From a virus, in the IMG/VR virus record IMGVR_UViG_3300034418_006582, positions 14,157-78,156 of that record: a stretch of DNA of 64,000 nt, one strand, 5' to 3'. Under the pieces are notes generated by a model. The model searched no databases. It was not told the DNA's origin and saw only the letters and a list, made by a program, of their open reading frames with translations. Each line of letters opens with the position of its first letter. Position 1 is the first letter of the stretch. Below, piece by piece: positions 35,863 to 48,300 of this stretch. Position numbers and translations under genes: made by a program.

Positions 35863-38800
35863 GCGTAACAGAAAAATTAATGGCACCAGGTGGTTTTAGT
35901 CTTGTACTAAATAAGCAAAACACACCAAATTCAGTAATCAATACTATTGACGCTTGGGGACACATCGTAATTATCCCAGCAGATCTAAATGTTCAGGAAT
36001 TTGATGACGCAACTTTATTAGATTCAGCTAGATATGTCGGAATTGTAGAATCTTTAGAACTAGGTTTAGAAGATGATGTAAATATTGCAGGTGTAGGTTT
36101 AGTTTCATACTTAGGTGATAGTGAAACTAGAGGTATGCCTATTGCTACTACTGGTGGTCCATCAGGTGTTAGATCTTATAAAAATAAAACTCTAGAGCAA
36201 GTATTAGACAGTACTGGATCTCCTAAAGGTATTTTAAGAACAGAATCAGGTGGTCAGGGACCTATTAGAAAAGGAACAATAACTGAACCAACAGATAGTT
36301 CTACATATACTGGTAAGCATTACACAGAGTCAGCTTTAAAAGCAATCAGGTACATATGTCAAGATCTAAATGTTGAATTTAAAATTGATACTAAGGGTTA
36401 TTTATCTGCTGGTCCATCAGGTACATTATTTGCTGGAATTGACAGCGATCCAACAGCAATAATAGTTAGAGGTGGTGGTGGACAAGATCCAAATATAAGT
36501 GGTATTAATACAACAAGTTTAGTTGCACAATTTGACGCTAGTGAATTTGTCAGTTCTGTTGAATTAATTGCGAGTAAGCATGGTGCTGAGGCAAATATTG
36601 GAAACGCTACTGTTTCATCAAATCCTTATAAAGATTTGTTTGGTAGTGACCTTTTAAGAACACAATATGTATCTGATCCACAAACTGAGGGAACTACTAA
36701 AACTGAAAGAGCAGGGGCTTATTTATCTGAATTAAATTTAGTCAAAAAAAGTTTAAATGTTTCTCTTGAGGAGTATGACATAAGTGGGGATTTTAAAGTT
36801 GGAGACAAAATATTTATTTTTGATCCTGACATAGGTTTTCAAGACACTGAAGTTGATAGAATAAGTGATGGAAGAGACTCTTTATACGAAACTGTTTATC
36901 AAGGACAAGTACTTAATCCTACAAAAATTAGAATACTATCAATTACATGGCCAGTATTGAATGGATATGGCGTATTTTATAGAGATAAAAATGGTTCATA
37001 CACTGAACTTACTGATTATGTTGTTTGGGAATCAGGCGATGTACAATTAGAAATAGGTGATGTAGCACCTTCAATTAGTGAAAGTTTAAATTTAAGTGGA
37101 CACACTGTAGATCTTGTAGGTAGTCCAGACAAATCTGTTCCAGATACACCATCAGGTTTAACTACTGTAGCTGGATCGTATTCTGACGGTAATGGTATTT
37201 CAAAAGCATTTATTAAAATGTCTTGGACAGAACCTACGAATACTGACGGATCATCAATAACTGACGGATCGTATTACAGAGTAAGGTGGCGTGTAGTTCA
37301 AGATACTGATGGTAATAATATTATTGATAGTAATGACGATCAAGCAACGGAATACAATTATTCAACTTTAGCTTTCGATAAAAGAGAATTTGTTATTTAT
37401 GATCTGTCACCAAATACTTATTACTCAGTTGGTGTACAAGCTGTTGATACTTCTGGATTTGATAGCGAATTTACTAGTATAGCCTCATTGCAAACTACTA
37501 GAGATGGTGGTGCGCCAAATAAACCAGACGGATTTGCCACAATAGCTTCAAACCCACTTAGAGTACAATTTATTCATAATTTAGGACAAGCTAAAGATAA
37601 TGATGGTAATGCAGTTAGTCCAATAGTTAATTTTACCTTAGCTAAAGATATTGATCATCTAAACATTTATGCCTCTACTACTCAAGGTTTTGATTTGGAA
37701 TATAACTCTGTAACTAAAAGAGTCTCACAAACAGGTTATAAAATAGGTGAACTTAAAGCTGGTAGTGCGCATATTCTTAATACAATTGCAGCAATAGGTT
37801 ATATTGATCTGGATAATGCAGATACTCATTATTTTAGAGTTACAGCAGTTGATACATCAGGCAATGAGTCTGAACCATCAGATGAACAAGAAGGTAATGC
37901 AGATTTAGTTGACACACAAAATATTGCTAACTTAGCAGTTACTAATGCAATTCTTGCTAATGCGGCTGTCACGGATCTTAAAGTTGTAGATGTTTCAGCA
38001 GGTAAATTAACAGCAGGTACGATATCAGGTCAAACAATTATTCTTGATGCTAGTGGCGACACTGGTGCTGACTCTATAATAAAATCATCTAATTATGTAT
38101 CAGGATCTACAGGTTGGGCAATTAATTCAGACGGAACAGCAGAATTTAGAAATGCAACTATTAGAGGATCACTAAATGCTAGTGATATTACAGCAGGTAC
38201 TTTATCTTCAGACAGACTTGATACTGATTTTATAGCAGTTGGTGGTGCAGCAAGTGATGTAAACTCAGGATCTACAACTATTGATGGTGGATCAATTACT
38301 GCTAACAGTATCACAGCAAGTCAAATAGCCTCAAGCACTATAACAACTAACCAACTAAATTTTACACCTTACACAGATGGCGAAAACATTGATAGTGGAT
38401 CAATAGGTGGTATATCAATAGATAGTGATAGCATACATACTTCAGGCTATCCTAGTTCAGGTTTTGAAATTACTTCTAGTGGTAATGCAAACTTTTTAAA
38501 TGTTCTTGCTAGAGGAACAATAAGTGGAACTGTTGATACAACTTTAAATGCAGGATCTTCAGGATATATACAATCTGGATCTGGTGCAAACAGAGTTCGT
38601 TTTGGTGCAGGATCTGGTGCTGCAATAGACTTTATTTATAATTCAGGAACAGTTGGAATAGTAGAGGCTGTAGGTAGTGATACTTTTAGAATTAGAGGCT
38701 ATACAACTGGTGATAACATTGAAATGTATGCAGGTGGTTTAGGTGGTGCTGGTACATTATCTTTAAATCAAGGAACTCTTAATATCTCTGGTGGAACAAA

Positions 38801-39698
38801 TATTGTTACTACTGTAGGAACAAAACTTACATTATCAGGTAGTTCAGGAAATTCAGGACAAGTTTTAAAAAGTAATGCTAATGGTATGTCTTGGGGAAAT
38901 GTAGATACAACATCTACTTTTACTAATAGTAATAACGCAGTAACAATAAATAATACAAACTCTACTATCAATATATCCGTAGGTAATGACTCTAATACAT
39001 TATCAGCAGGACATAACCATCCTTATTTAACAAGTGTTAGTGAAAATAACCATAACCACTCAAACTATTTAACAAGTTTGCCTAATCACACTCACAATTT
39101 TAGTGCTGACATAACAGGATTTAGTGGTAATAATCATGATCACAGTGCTTATTTATCAGTAAATCATGTTCTTAACACCACCAACCCACACTCAATATCA
39201 GGTAATAATCACAATCACAGTAACTACGCAACTGAAAACTATGTAAATGGACAAATCTTACAACATAGAATTGATTACTATCACTCTGATGAAAGGTTGA
39301 AAGAAAATATATCAGAAACTAATTTAGGTCTAGATTTTATAAATAGATTACAACCAAGAGACTTTACTTGGAAATCAGATTATTTGGATTATATATGGTC
39401 TGATGATGAAAATCTACAGGCACAGAAACTTAAAGGTTTTCAAAGTAACTTACAACAAGGATTTATTGCACAAGAAGTTCAGGATGCAGTTTATCAAGAA
39501 ACAGGAAGTAACAATGCTTTTGGTGGGCTAACTTTAGGAGATGTAAGTGATTTTGAAAAGACTACAACTTCTGATGCTGATGATTTTGGAAGAGTAGATT
39601 ACACACAATTTATTGCACCATTAGTAAAAGCAGTCCAACAATTGTCTGCTAAGATAGAAGTACTTGAGGCTAGAGTGGACGAATTAGAAGGTGTATAA
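35859..39698 (+). CDS. Tail tip/central fibre with FN3 domains, HxH repeats and an S74 autocleaving chaperone
   Basis: FN3-like VGVQAVD and FRVTAVDTSGNES; SDERLKENI...GFIAQEV...LVKAVQQL. Confidence 0.85.
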   Translation: MSVTEKLMAPGGFSLVLNKQNTPNSVINTIDAWGHIVIIPADLNVQEFDDATLLDSARYVGIVESLELGLEDDVNIAGVGLVSYLGDSETRGMPIATTGGPSGVRSYKNKTLEQVLDSTGSPKGILRTESGGQGPIRKGTITEPTDSSTYTGKHYTESALKAIRYICQDLNVEFKIDTKGYLSAGPSGTLFAGIDSDPTAIIVRGGGGQDPNISGINTTSLVAQFDASEFVSSVELIASKHGAEANIGNATVSSNPYKDLFGSDLLRTQYVSDPQTEGTTKTERAGAYLSELNLVKKSLNVSLEEYDISGDFKVGDKIFIFDPDIGFQDTEVDRISDGRDSLYETVYQGQVLNPTKIRILSITWPVLNGYGVFYRDKNGSYTELTDYVVWESGDVQLEIGDVAPSISESLNLSGHTVDLVGSPDKSVPDTPSGLTTVAGSYSDGNGISKAFIKMSWTEPTNTDGSSITDGSYYRVRWRVVQDTDGNNIIDSNDDQATEYNYSTLAFDKREFVIYDLSPNTYYSVGVQAVDTSGFDSEFTSIASLQTTRDGGAPNKPDGFATIASNPLRVQFIHNLGQAKDNDGNAVSPIVNFTLAKDIDHLNIYASTTQGFDLEYNSVTKRVSQTGYKIGELKAGSAHILNTIAAIGYIDLDNADTHYFRVTAVDTSGNESEPSDEQEGNADLVDTQNIANLAVTNAILANAAVTDLKVVDVSAGKLTAGTISGQTIILDASGDTGADSIIKSSNYVSGSTGWAINSDGTAEFRNATIRGSLNASDITAGTLSSDRLDTDFIAVGGAASDVNSGSTTIDGGSITANSITASQIASSTITTNQLNFTPYTDGENIDSGSIGGISIDSDSIHTSGYPSSGFEITSSGNANFLNVLARGTISGTVDTTLNAGSSGYIQSGSGANRVRFGAGSGAAIDFIYNSGTVGIVEAVGSDTFRIRGYTTGDNIEMYAGGLGGAGTLSLNQGTLNISGGTNIVTTVGTKLTLSGSSGNSGQVLKSNANGMSWGNVDTTSTFTNSNNAVTINNTNSTINISVGNDSNTLSAGHNHPYLTSVSENNHNHSNYLTSLPNHTHNFSADITGFSGNNHDHSAYLSVNHVLNTTNPHSISGNNHNHSNYATENYVNGQILQHRIDYYHSDERLKENISETNLGLDFINRLQPRDFTWKSDYLDYIWSDDENLQAQKLKGFQSNLQQGFIAQEVQDAVYQETGSNNAFGGLTLGDVSDFEKTTTSDADDFGRVDYTQFIAPLVKAVQQLSAKIEVLEARVDELEGV

Positions 39699-39910
39699 TG
39701 ACTGTTACTTATGACACATTAAATATTCCAGATCCTGAAACCAATGAAGAATTATTGGACAGATTATTAACAGAAATAAAAGAATTAGAAATGAAATATT
39801 ATAACTATGAAAATCGCGATGATAAAGAGGATGATATTCTTTTATCAATTGAAAATGAAATAACTCTTAAAAAAAGTGAATATTCAGATGCTGGAGGAAC
39901 TTTCGATTGA
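39698..39910 (+). CDS. Small acidic protein
   Basis: Coupled ORF; resembles the 40681 and 40930 proteins. Confidence 0.65.
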   Translation: MTVTYDTLNIPDPETNEELLDRLLTEIKELEMKYYNYENRDDKEDDILLSIENEITLKKSEYSDAGGTFD

Positions 39911-40671
39911 AGTTTAATTTGGGGGGAAAAGAATATATAGAATTTAAAACAGATCTAAAAGGTCTAGACGAATTTGCACCTGTTAAACCATCTAAGTTTT
40001 TTTTACCACAGTGGTTTAAAGATATGGATGAATATATTACTCAAGACGCTGTACACGAAAAAGGTAAAAAATTTTACTTTGGTAGAAGTAAAGAAACTGC
40101 TATTAAAACTGCTGGTGGAACAGTGAAACGATGTCCAGCAATTGTAGATCTTCTTACCGAAGGGTTCATAATACCTATGTGGGCAGATTTTTTAGTTCAA
40201 AGAGATATGGAAACATTAGAATGGGACAACAAAGGTATGTTGCAATACGGAATTGAATTTCATGGGAAACAGCAAATAACAGGTTGGAAATTAAAAAAAA
40301 CTGATTTTCCTGAAGGAGTAAAGTTTATAAATCCGTGGAGAATTTACACACCTAAAGGTTATTCAGTAATGTTTATGCAACCAACTTATCAATTTGAAAA
40401 CAGATTTACTGTATTACCAGGTATTGTAGAAACAGATTCTTATCATCATATAAACTTTCCAACAATATGGCACACAACAAAAGATGCAGTAATAGATCGA
40501 GGAACACCTTTTATTCAAGTAATTCCATTTAAACGAGACGAATTTGATCTAGATGTAGGACAAATGACAGATAAACAAATACAAGATGATTTATTAGAAA
40601 AAAATGAATTAAATACAAAATTTAAAAATGCTTATAGGTCAATTACGCAAAGATTTAAAAATGAAAGGTAA
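39907..40671 (+). CDS. DUF6065-like protein (paralog 1)
   Basis: P.WFK, KRCP, NPW..TP.GYS, PGIVETD, GTPFIQVIPFKR. Confidence 0.65.
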   Translation: MKFNLGGKEYIEFKTDLKGLDEFAPVKPSKFFLPQWFKDMDEYITQDAVHEKGKKFYFGRSKETAIKTAGGTVKRCPAIVDLLTEGFIIPMWADFLVQRDMETLEWDNKGMLQYGIEFHGKQQITGWKLKKTDFPEGVKFINPWRIYTPKGYSVMFMQPTYQFENRFTVLPGIVETDSYHHINFPTIWHTTKDAVIDRGTPFIQVIPFKRDEFDLDVGQMTDKQIQDDLLEKNELNTKFKNAYRSITQRFKNER

Positions 40672-40680
40672 TATTTAGTT

Positions 40681-40872
40681 ATGCCTTATACATATGAATA
40701 CTTATCAAATGAAGATCAAATATCCTTTGTTCAAGCAAGAATTAAAAGTGAAGAAGAAAGAATATTTGAAATGGAGCTATCAAATACAGATGGCGAACAT
40801 GACGATGAAATAGCAGAGGTCACATCAAGAATTACTGATCTAAAAGCTAAACTTTCTGAACTAGAGGGTTAA
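40681..40872 (+). CDS. Small acidic coiled-coil protein
   Basis: ORF. Confidence 0.65.
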   Translation: MPYTYEYLSNEDQISFVQARIKSEEERIFEMELSNTDGEHDDEIAEVTSRITDLKAKLSELEG

Positions 40873-40929
40873 TCAATTACCTTAAATCTATAATTGAATA
40901 AGTAATATAAAAGTATCTAAAAGGTATTT

Positions 40930-41187
40930 ATGGCAGAATCTTACGAGTTCAATGTGTTTAATGACAGAATGAAACGCCAATATTTATTAGACCAAATCTT
41001 ACAAGGTGAAGTCGCTATATTTGGTGTTTTACTTAAACCTATGGCAGAAAATCATCCAGATTATGCTGAATGGAAGCATAGCTTAGAAGAAATGAAAAAA
41101 GAAATTGCAAATATGAAAGAAGTTTATGAAAAATTAGGTGGCACTTATGAAATACAGGAGATAAGAAATGTCACTGACAAGTCATAG
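40930..41187 (+). CDS. Small helical protein
   Basis: ORF. Confidence 0.65.
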   Translation: MAESYEFNVFNDRMKRQYLLDQILQGEVAIFGVLLKPMAENHPDYAEWKHSLEEMKKEIANMKEVYEKLGGTYEIQEIRNVTDKS

Positions 41188-42352
41188 TAGAGATACTCTT
41201 GAAATAAACAATTTATCTACTCAAGATGATTTTTTTGATACTTCATCTGAGGGCGAAGGATATACACTATCAAATGCTACTGTACAAATAGTTTCACTAA
41301 ATAACAATTTATATTTAGATGGTAAAACTATAGTTTCTGATGGCAATTTATCTATTGCAACTTCTGAAACAGATACTTATATTGTTTTAGGTACAGCAAG
41401 TACTAAAGCTCTTAAAATAGATAGTTCCCAAAGAATAGATATTTTATCAGGGAAACTTCGCATAAATGGATCAGATGGTAATCCTGGTCAAGTTTTGACT
41501 ACAGATGGATTTGGTAATATATCATGGTCGTCAGTAGATAATACACAATATGCTTTTGCTGGTTTTGTCGTTGATGGTTCTGCTACAATCACTGCTAGTT
41601 CAACTTCAGAAAATGTTGAATTTGAAGCTGGATCTGGAATTGCTATAAGCACGGATACTTCCTCGGATCCAAAAAAAATAACTATTAGCAATACTAATAC
41701 TGCTGCGAATGCTTTTACTACATTTAATGTGACAGCAGGATCTGGTTCAGCAAGTGGATCAGATATAGAGGCAGACAGTAGCACTGATACTCTTACTTTT
41801 ATAGCTGGATCTGGTATAACTCTTACATCAGATGCTAATAATGATCAAATCACAATTGCATCAACTGCCAGTGCTTCAGGAGAACAAGATCTATTCAAAT
41901 TTATTACAGCCCCAAATCAAAGTACTATTTCTGCGACAAGCACCACTGATACTTTGAGTTTAGATACTTTTACACCAAGTATTACAAGAACTGAACGAGA
42001 GGCGAAAATAGAAATCGAAACAGATGTTTCAGCAAGATCTGTTACTTTGAAATCAAAGATACCGATAACTCACAGTCACAGTGGTAAAATGCCAATAGTG
42101 TTAAGTGGAGGATCGTCATCAGGTGTTCCTTTAAAAAATCACTTTATTCCTATGAGTGTAAGTGGTGTAACAGTAAATGGTGGTGGATCAGACTTTGGTG
42201 TTAGCACTAGAGCTGTAGAAGTGCTAGAAAGAGATGGAAGCACATTATCAAGGTTTATTATGCCACCAACAACAAGTGGTAGATCATTACTGTTAACTTC
42301 AACACTAAATGACGGAACTACAGAACAACAAGAAATTAATATGGGTGAATAA
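41168..42352 (+). CDS. Tail fibre-like structural protein
   Basis: DGNPGQVLTTDG.G..SW and repeated A.S.TDTL.F.AGSGI. Confidence 0.75.
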   Translation: MSLTSHSRDTLEINNLSTQDDFFDTSSEGEGYTLSNATVQIVSLNNNLYLDGKTIVSDGNLSIATSETDTYIVLGTASTKALKIDSSQRIDILSGKLRINGSDGNPGQVLTTDGFGNISWSSVDNTQYAFAGFVVDGSATITASSTSENVEFEAGSGIAISTDTSSDPKKITISNTNTAANAFTTFNVTAGSGSASGSDIEADSSTDTLTFIAGSGITLTSDANNDQITIASTASASGEQDLFKFITAPNQSTISATSTTDTLSLDTFTPSITRTEREAKIEIETDVSARSVTLKSKIPITHSHSGKMPIVLSGGSSSGVPLKNHFIPMSVSGVTVNGGGSDFGVSTRAVEVLERDGSTLSRFIMPPTTSGRSLLLTSTLNDGTTEQQEINMGE

Positions 42353-45300
42353 ATGGCACAAAAATATCCAATAAGACTGAATTATGATGCTGAAAATAAT
42401 CCAGAGGGTTTTGCTGAATTTCAGAGTGCTGATTACATAGGTTTATCAGATGGTGGTACAGGTGGATCTTATTCCTCTTTAGCAGATCTACGAACAGGTT
42501 TAGGTTTAGAAATTGGTTCAGATATACAAGCCTATGACGCAGATCTCAGCGCAATTGCAGCATTAACACATATAGATGGTGGTTTCATTGTTTCAAATGG
42601 AACTACATGGGTAGTTGAAAGTGGATCAACAGCTAGAGATAGTTTATCTTTAGGAACTGGTGATGATGTAACATTTGCTACTTTGACAACTACAGGATCG
42701 GTAACAATACAAGGGAATCTTGATGTTCAGGGTGAGTTCTTAAATACTACAGCAGAAATTGTCGTAGTAGATGACGCTTTTGTAAAACTAAATAATGGCA
42801 ATGGTGAAGTTGACTCAGGTATTATTGTTGAAACTTCAGATACTGATGACGCAAGATTATTTTATGATGTTTCAAATAATCGTTGGGTACTTGGCGAAAA
42901 TGGATCATACGATGAAATCCTAACACAAGACTCTACAGATACATTAACAAATAAATCTATTGACGGATCTACTAACACTCTTACTAATATTCCAAACTCT
43001 GCATTTAGTAATAGTTCTATAACAGTAACTGATGGGACAAACTCTACAGATATTGCTTTAGGTGGAACGATCACTTTCAGCGATGGTACAGGAATTACAG
43101 TTTCTGAAAGTTCAGGAACAATTACTGCAAGTGTAGATTTCACAGAATTTGATACAGACAATGTTACTGAAGGTTCTACAAATCTTTATTACACAGACGC
43201 AAGAGTTTCAACTTATCTAACAGGTGGAACAGGTATAACAGAATCCTCTGGAACAATAAGTATTGACTTTACAGAATTTGATACTGACAATGTTGTAGAA
43301 GGTAGTTCTAATCTTTACTATACAAATGCAAGAGCAGATGCTCGTATTGGTTTAGCTAGTATTGGAGATCTAGCAGATGTAACGCTGACATCTACTGCCA
43401 CAGGTGACATACTTAGATACAATGGATCAGCTTTTATAAACGAACCACTTAACTTAGGTACTGACACTGAAGGTGATTATGTTGCAAGTCTTGTAGCTGG
43501 AACAGGTATAACCCTAACAAATAATAGTGGTGAAACATCAACTCCTACTGTTTCAGTAGATATGACTGCTTTTGATACTGATGATTTAACAGAAGGATCG
43601 ACAAATCTTTACTATACAGACACAAGAGTAGGAAGTTATTTAACAACTAATAGTTATGCAACTGAGTCATATGTTGATAGTGCTGTAGCAACTGAAAACG
43701 AAATAAGCGAAATGAATGATGTCACATTGACATCTTTAGCTAGTGGTGAATTTTTACAATACAATGGTACAGCTTGGGTAAATGTAGTACCTGACACAGA
43801 TGATATTACTGAGGGTACAAATCTTTTTTATACAAATGCAAGAGTTGATACAGAGATAGATAGTTATGTTACTGGTGGAACTGGTGTAACAGTTTCTTCT
43901 GGTCAGATAAGTATAGGTCAAGCTGTAGAAACAACTTCTAATGTACAGTTTGCAGACACTCAAATAGATGGTGACTTAACAACTGGTGGTCAAGTAGTCC
44001 ACGGAACTAATACTATATCTATAAATCAAGACGCAGATGGTACTGATAATACTTTAAATGTAGAAATAGAATTTTTAAGAGGTAACTTACAACACAAACA
44101 TTTCTTTTGGGATGAAACCAACGATAGATTTAGCATTAACAGTGATGATCTAGCAGTCGGAACTGTAATAGGTAACCTAACAGGTAATGTTACAGGTGAT
44201 CTAACTGGAGATGTTACTGGTACAGTTTCTGACATATCAAATCATGATACTGATGATCTCAGTGAAGGACTTACAAATCTTTATTATACAGATGCTAGAG
44301 CTAGATCTTCAATTAGTTATACAGATGCAGGTGGTGACGGATCACTTAGTTACGACAGCAGTACTGGAACAATTACATACACTGGTCCTAGTGCAACTGA
44401 AGTAAGAGCGCATTTCAGTGCAGGTACAGGTGTATCTATTTCATCAGGCGAAATTTCAATTGGACAGTCTGTTGGGACTTCTGATGATGTAACATTTAAT
44501 GATTTAATTCTTTCTGGAAATCTAACTGTCAGTGGTACTACTACAACCATTAACACTGAAACCTTAACTCTTGCTGACAATGTAATTATATTAAATTCAA
44601 ATGCAACAGGATCTGCAAGTGAAAACGCAGGTATAGAAGTTGAAAGAGGCGATGACACTAATAAGACTTTGATCTGGAATGAGGGTACTGATAAATGGTC
44701 AGTAGGCTCAGAGACATTTGTAGCAGGGACATTCGAGGGTGCCTTGACTGGAAATGTCACAGGTACTGTCTCAGATATTTCTAATCACGACACAGATGAT
44801 CTTACTGAAGGATCAACTAATTTATACTACACCGACACAAGAGTCGGAACTTACCTGACAACAAACAGCTATGCAACACAAACTTATGTTGATAATGCTG
44901 TAGCCAGTGAAAATGAATTAAGTGAGATGAATGATGTTACTTTAACATCTAGTACCACAGGAGATTTCTTACAATATAACGGATCTGCTTGGGTTAACAT
45001 TGCGCCTGATACAGACGATATAGCTGAAGGAACAAATCTTTATTACACTACTGCAAGATTTGATACTGCTTTTTCAGGAAAGACTACAGATAATTTAACT
45101 GAGGGTTCGACCAATCTTTACTATACAGATGAAAGAGCGCAGGACGCATTAGGTACAGCTTTAACTATGGGAACACAAACTCTCATAACTGTTACCTATC
45201 AAGACAGTACTAATGATTTTGACTTTGTAGTTGATAACGATTTAGCTAATTACGACAACACAACATCAGCATTTACAACTCTTGCTGACTTTAGTGGTGG

Positions 45301-48300
45301 TACAAATATTAGCTTTAGCTCAGGAACAATAGCATTTGATAATTCAACTGATCTAGATATGGGTGGTAGAAAAGTCTTATTTGCTAACATCTATTCAGCA
45401 GAGGGTGATTTACCAAGTGCCTCAACTTATCATGGTATGTTTGCTCATGTTCATGGAACTGGTAGAGCTTACTACGCACATGCAGGAAATTGGGTTGAGT
45501 TAATTGGTGAAAATGAAATTGGATCTGGTTTAACATATTCATCTGGATCTTTAAGTGCAGACTTTACACCAACAAGCACAGATACTTTAACTAACAAAAC
45601 AATAAACTTCGAGGACAATACACCAATTATAGAATTTGCAGTTACAGTATCTAATGCAAGTGGATCAAATAAGTTTTATCTTGATGGTGAATTAGCAGCA
45701 AGTATTCAATTAATACCTGGTGTTACATATAGATTTGATTTGTCTGATGGTTCAACATCTGGACATCCTTTTGCATTATCAACAACTCAAGACGGAACAC
45801 ATAATTCAGGATCTTCTTACACAACAGGTGTTACAACCAATGGATCACAAGGATCTGTTGGTGCTTATTTACAAATCGTTGTTGACGCTGCCACAGCAGA
45901 TACTTTGTATTATTACTGTACAGCTCACTCTGGTATGGCTAATGATGCAGTAATATCTGTTCAAGGAACATCATTATCTGCTAGTGATACTGATGATTTA
46001 GCTGAAGGTAGTTCTAACCTTTATTACACAGATACAAGGGCTAGAAGTGCAATTTCAGTTACTGATGCTGGTGGAGATGGATCGCTAAGTTACGACAACA
46101 CGACAGGAGTGTTTACTTACACAGGTCCATCAGCATCCGAAGTTAGATCACATTTTTCTGCTGGTACAGGAGTTACTTTAAGTTCTGGTGAAATAAGTAT
46201 CGGTCAGGCAGTAGGTACAAGTTCTGATGTAACATTTAATGATGTCACTGTTTCAGGAGATCTTACAGTCTCAGGAACCACAACAACTGTAAATACTGAA
46301 ACAATAGAATTAGCAGACAACATAATTGTATTTAACTCTAACGCTACAGGTTCAGCAACAGAAAATGCAGGAATTGAAATTGAGCGTGGAGATGACGCTA
46401 ATAAAACTTTAATTTGGGACGAAACATCTGATAAATGGACTGTTGGATCCGAGACATTTGTAGCCTCTACCTTTGAAGGTAATTTAACAGGAACTGTTAG
46501 TGATATAAGTAATCATGATACTGACGACTTAACAGAGGGTTCTACTAATTTATACTATACAACAGCTAGAGCAAATACTGATTTTGATACTAAACTTGCA
46601 GCAGCAGATACAGATGATCTATCAGAGGGCGCTTCAAATCTTTACTACACAACAGCAAGATTTGATACAGCATTTAGTGGTAAAGGCGCTGCTGACTTAT
46701 CTTACGATAACTCTGATGCTGATACCTTAACTGCAACAAATGTTAAAGGTGCATTAGATGAATTAGACTTAGCTAAAGTTGATAAATCTACTTTAGCATC
46801 TACATTAACTTTTTTTCCTACTGATACAGCAGATGGAAGTATTAGTGGTTACTACAGAATGGTTACTTCTATATCTGATACTGATTATGATACAACTGCT
46901 GTAAATGTATCAACAGGTAATATCACTGCTAATGACCAAGAAGTAGGTGCAGTAATAGCAGATGCAGACTTATTTACTGGCAATCCAGGTTATATCAATG
47001 TTCATGTTGTAGGTAGTATAAGAAACACATCTGGTGGTAGTGCAGGATTTTACTTTAAAGTTTTCCATAGAGACTCTAGTGGTACTGAGACACTTATGGG
47101 TACTTCTAGTTCTACATCTAATGTTACAAACACTACATATCAAGAGTTCTATGCAGATGCTTTACTTAATAACCCACAAGAATTTACTTCTACAGATAGA
47201 GTTGTATTCAAATGGTTTGCAACCAACCTATCTGGTTCTGCAACTTATGATTTCCGATATGGTGGAACAGGTCCTGTAAGAGGTAACTTCCCAGTACAGA
47301 CTTCATTAATTATACACGACCAAGAAGCAGTAGATGTCCAAACCGATACATCAGCCTTTGCTGGAATATTAAGTACTTCTGAGACAACAGTTCAAGCAGC
47401 ACTTGATGTTATAGATGATATCGATACAGACAATGTACCAGAAGGTAGCACTAACCTTTATTACACAACAAGCAGATTTGATACAGCATTTACAGGGAAA
47501 TCAACTACAGATCTATCGGAAGGAACTAATCTTTATTACACACAAGCTAGATTTGATACTGCATTTGGTGGAAAAGATACAGATGATCTGTCTGAAGGTT
47601 CTACTAACTTATACTTCACTAATGCTAGAGCAGACGCAAGAATTACTGCTGCCAATGTAAATGACTTAAATGATATATTATTTGCTGATCCTACATCATC
47701 AGATGACGCAAAAGTCATTAGTTATAGTGATACATCAGGTGGTTTTGTATTGTCATCTCTTGCAGGATTGTCTGGATCTGGTGAAGTAAACACAGCTTCT
47801 AATTCAAATGTTGCAGGTATCGGTGTATTTAAACAAAAAACTGGTGAAGATCTTGAATTTAGAGGTATCAATGCTGGATCAACGAAAATTACAGTTACAA
47901 ATGATACTTCTAACGATGAAATAGATATAGATCTAGGTACTGTATCAATTGATCACTTATCAGATGTAGATACTACTACTTCTGCACCTACAAGTGGTCA
48001 AGCACTTAAATGGTCAGGATCACAATGGGAACCTGGTGACGCAAGTTCTCAAGTATCACAATTAACAGATGTAACATTAACTTCTTTAGCAACTGATGAT
48101 CTCCTTGTTTATAACGGAACTAACTGGGTTAACACAACACTTGATACTGATGATGTTGCTGAAGGATCGACAAACCTTTATTATACAGACGCAAGAGCGC
48201 AAGCCTCTATAACAGGTGGAACTGGAATATCTAATACTTCAGGAACAATAGCTATTGACTTTACTGAATTTGATACTGATAGTATTACAGAGGGATCAAC

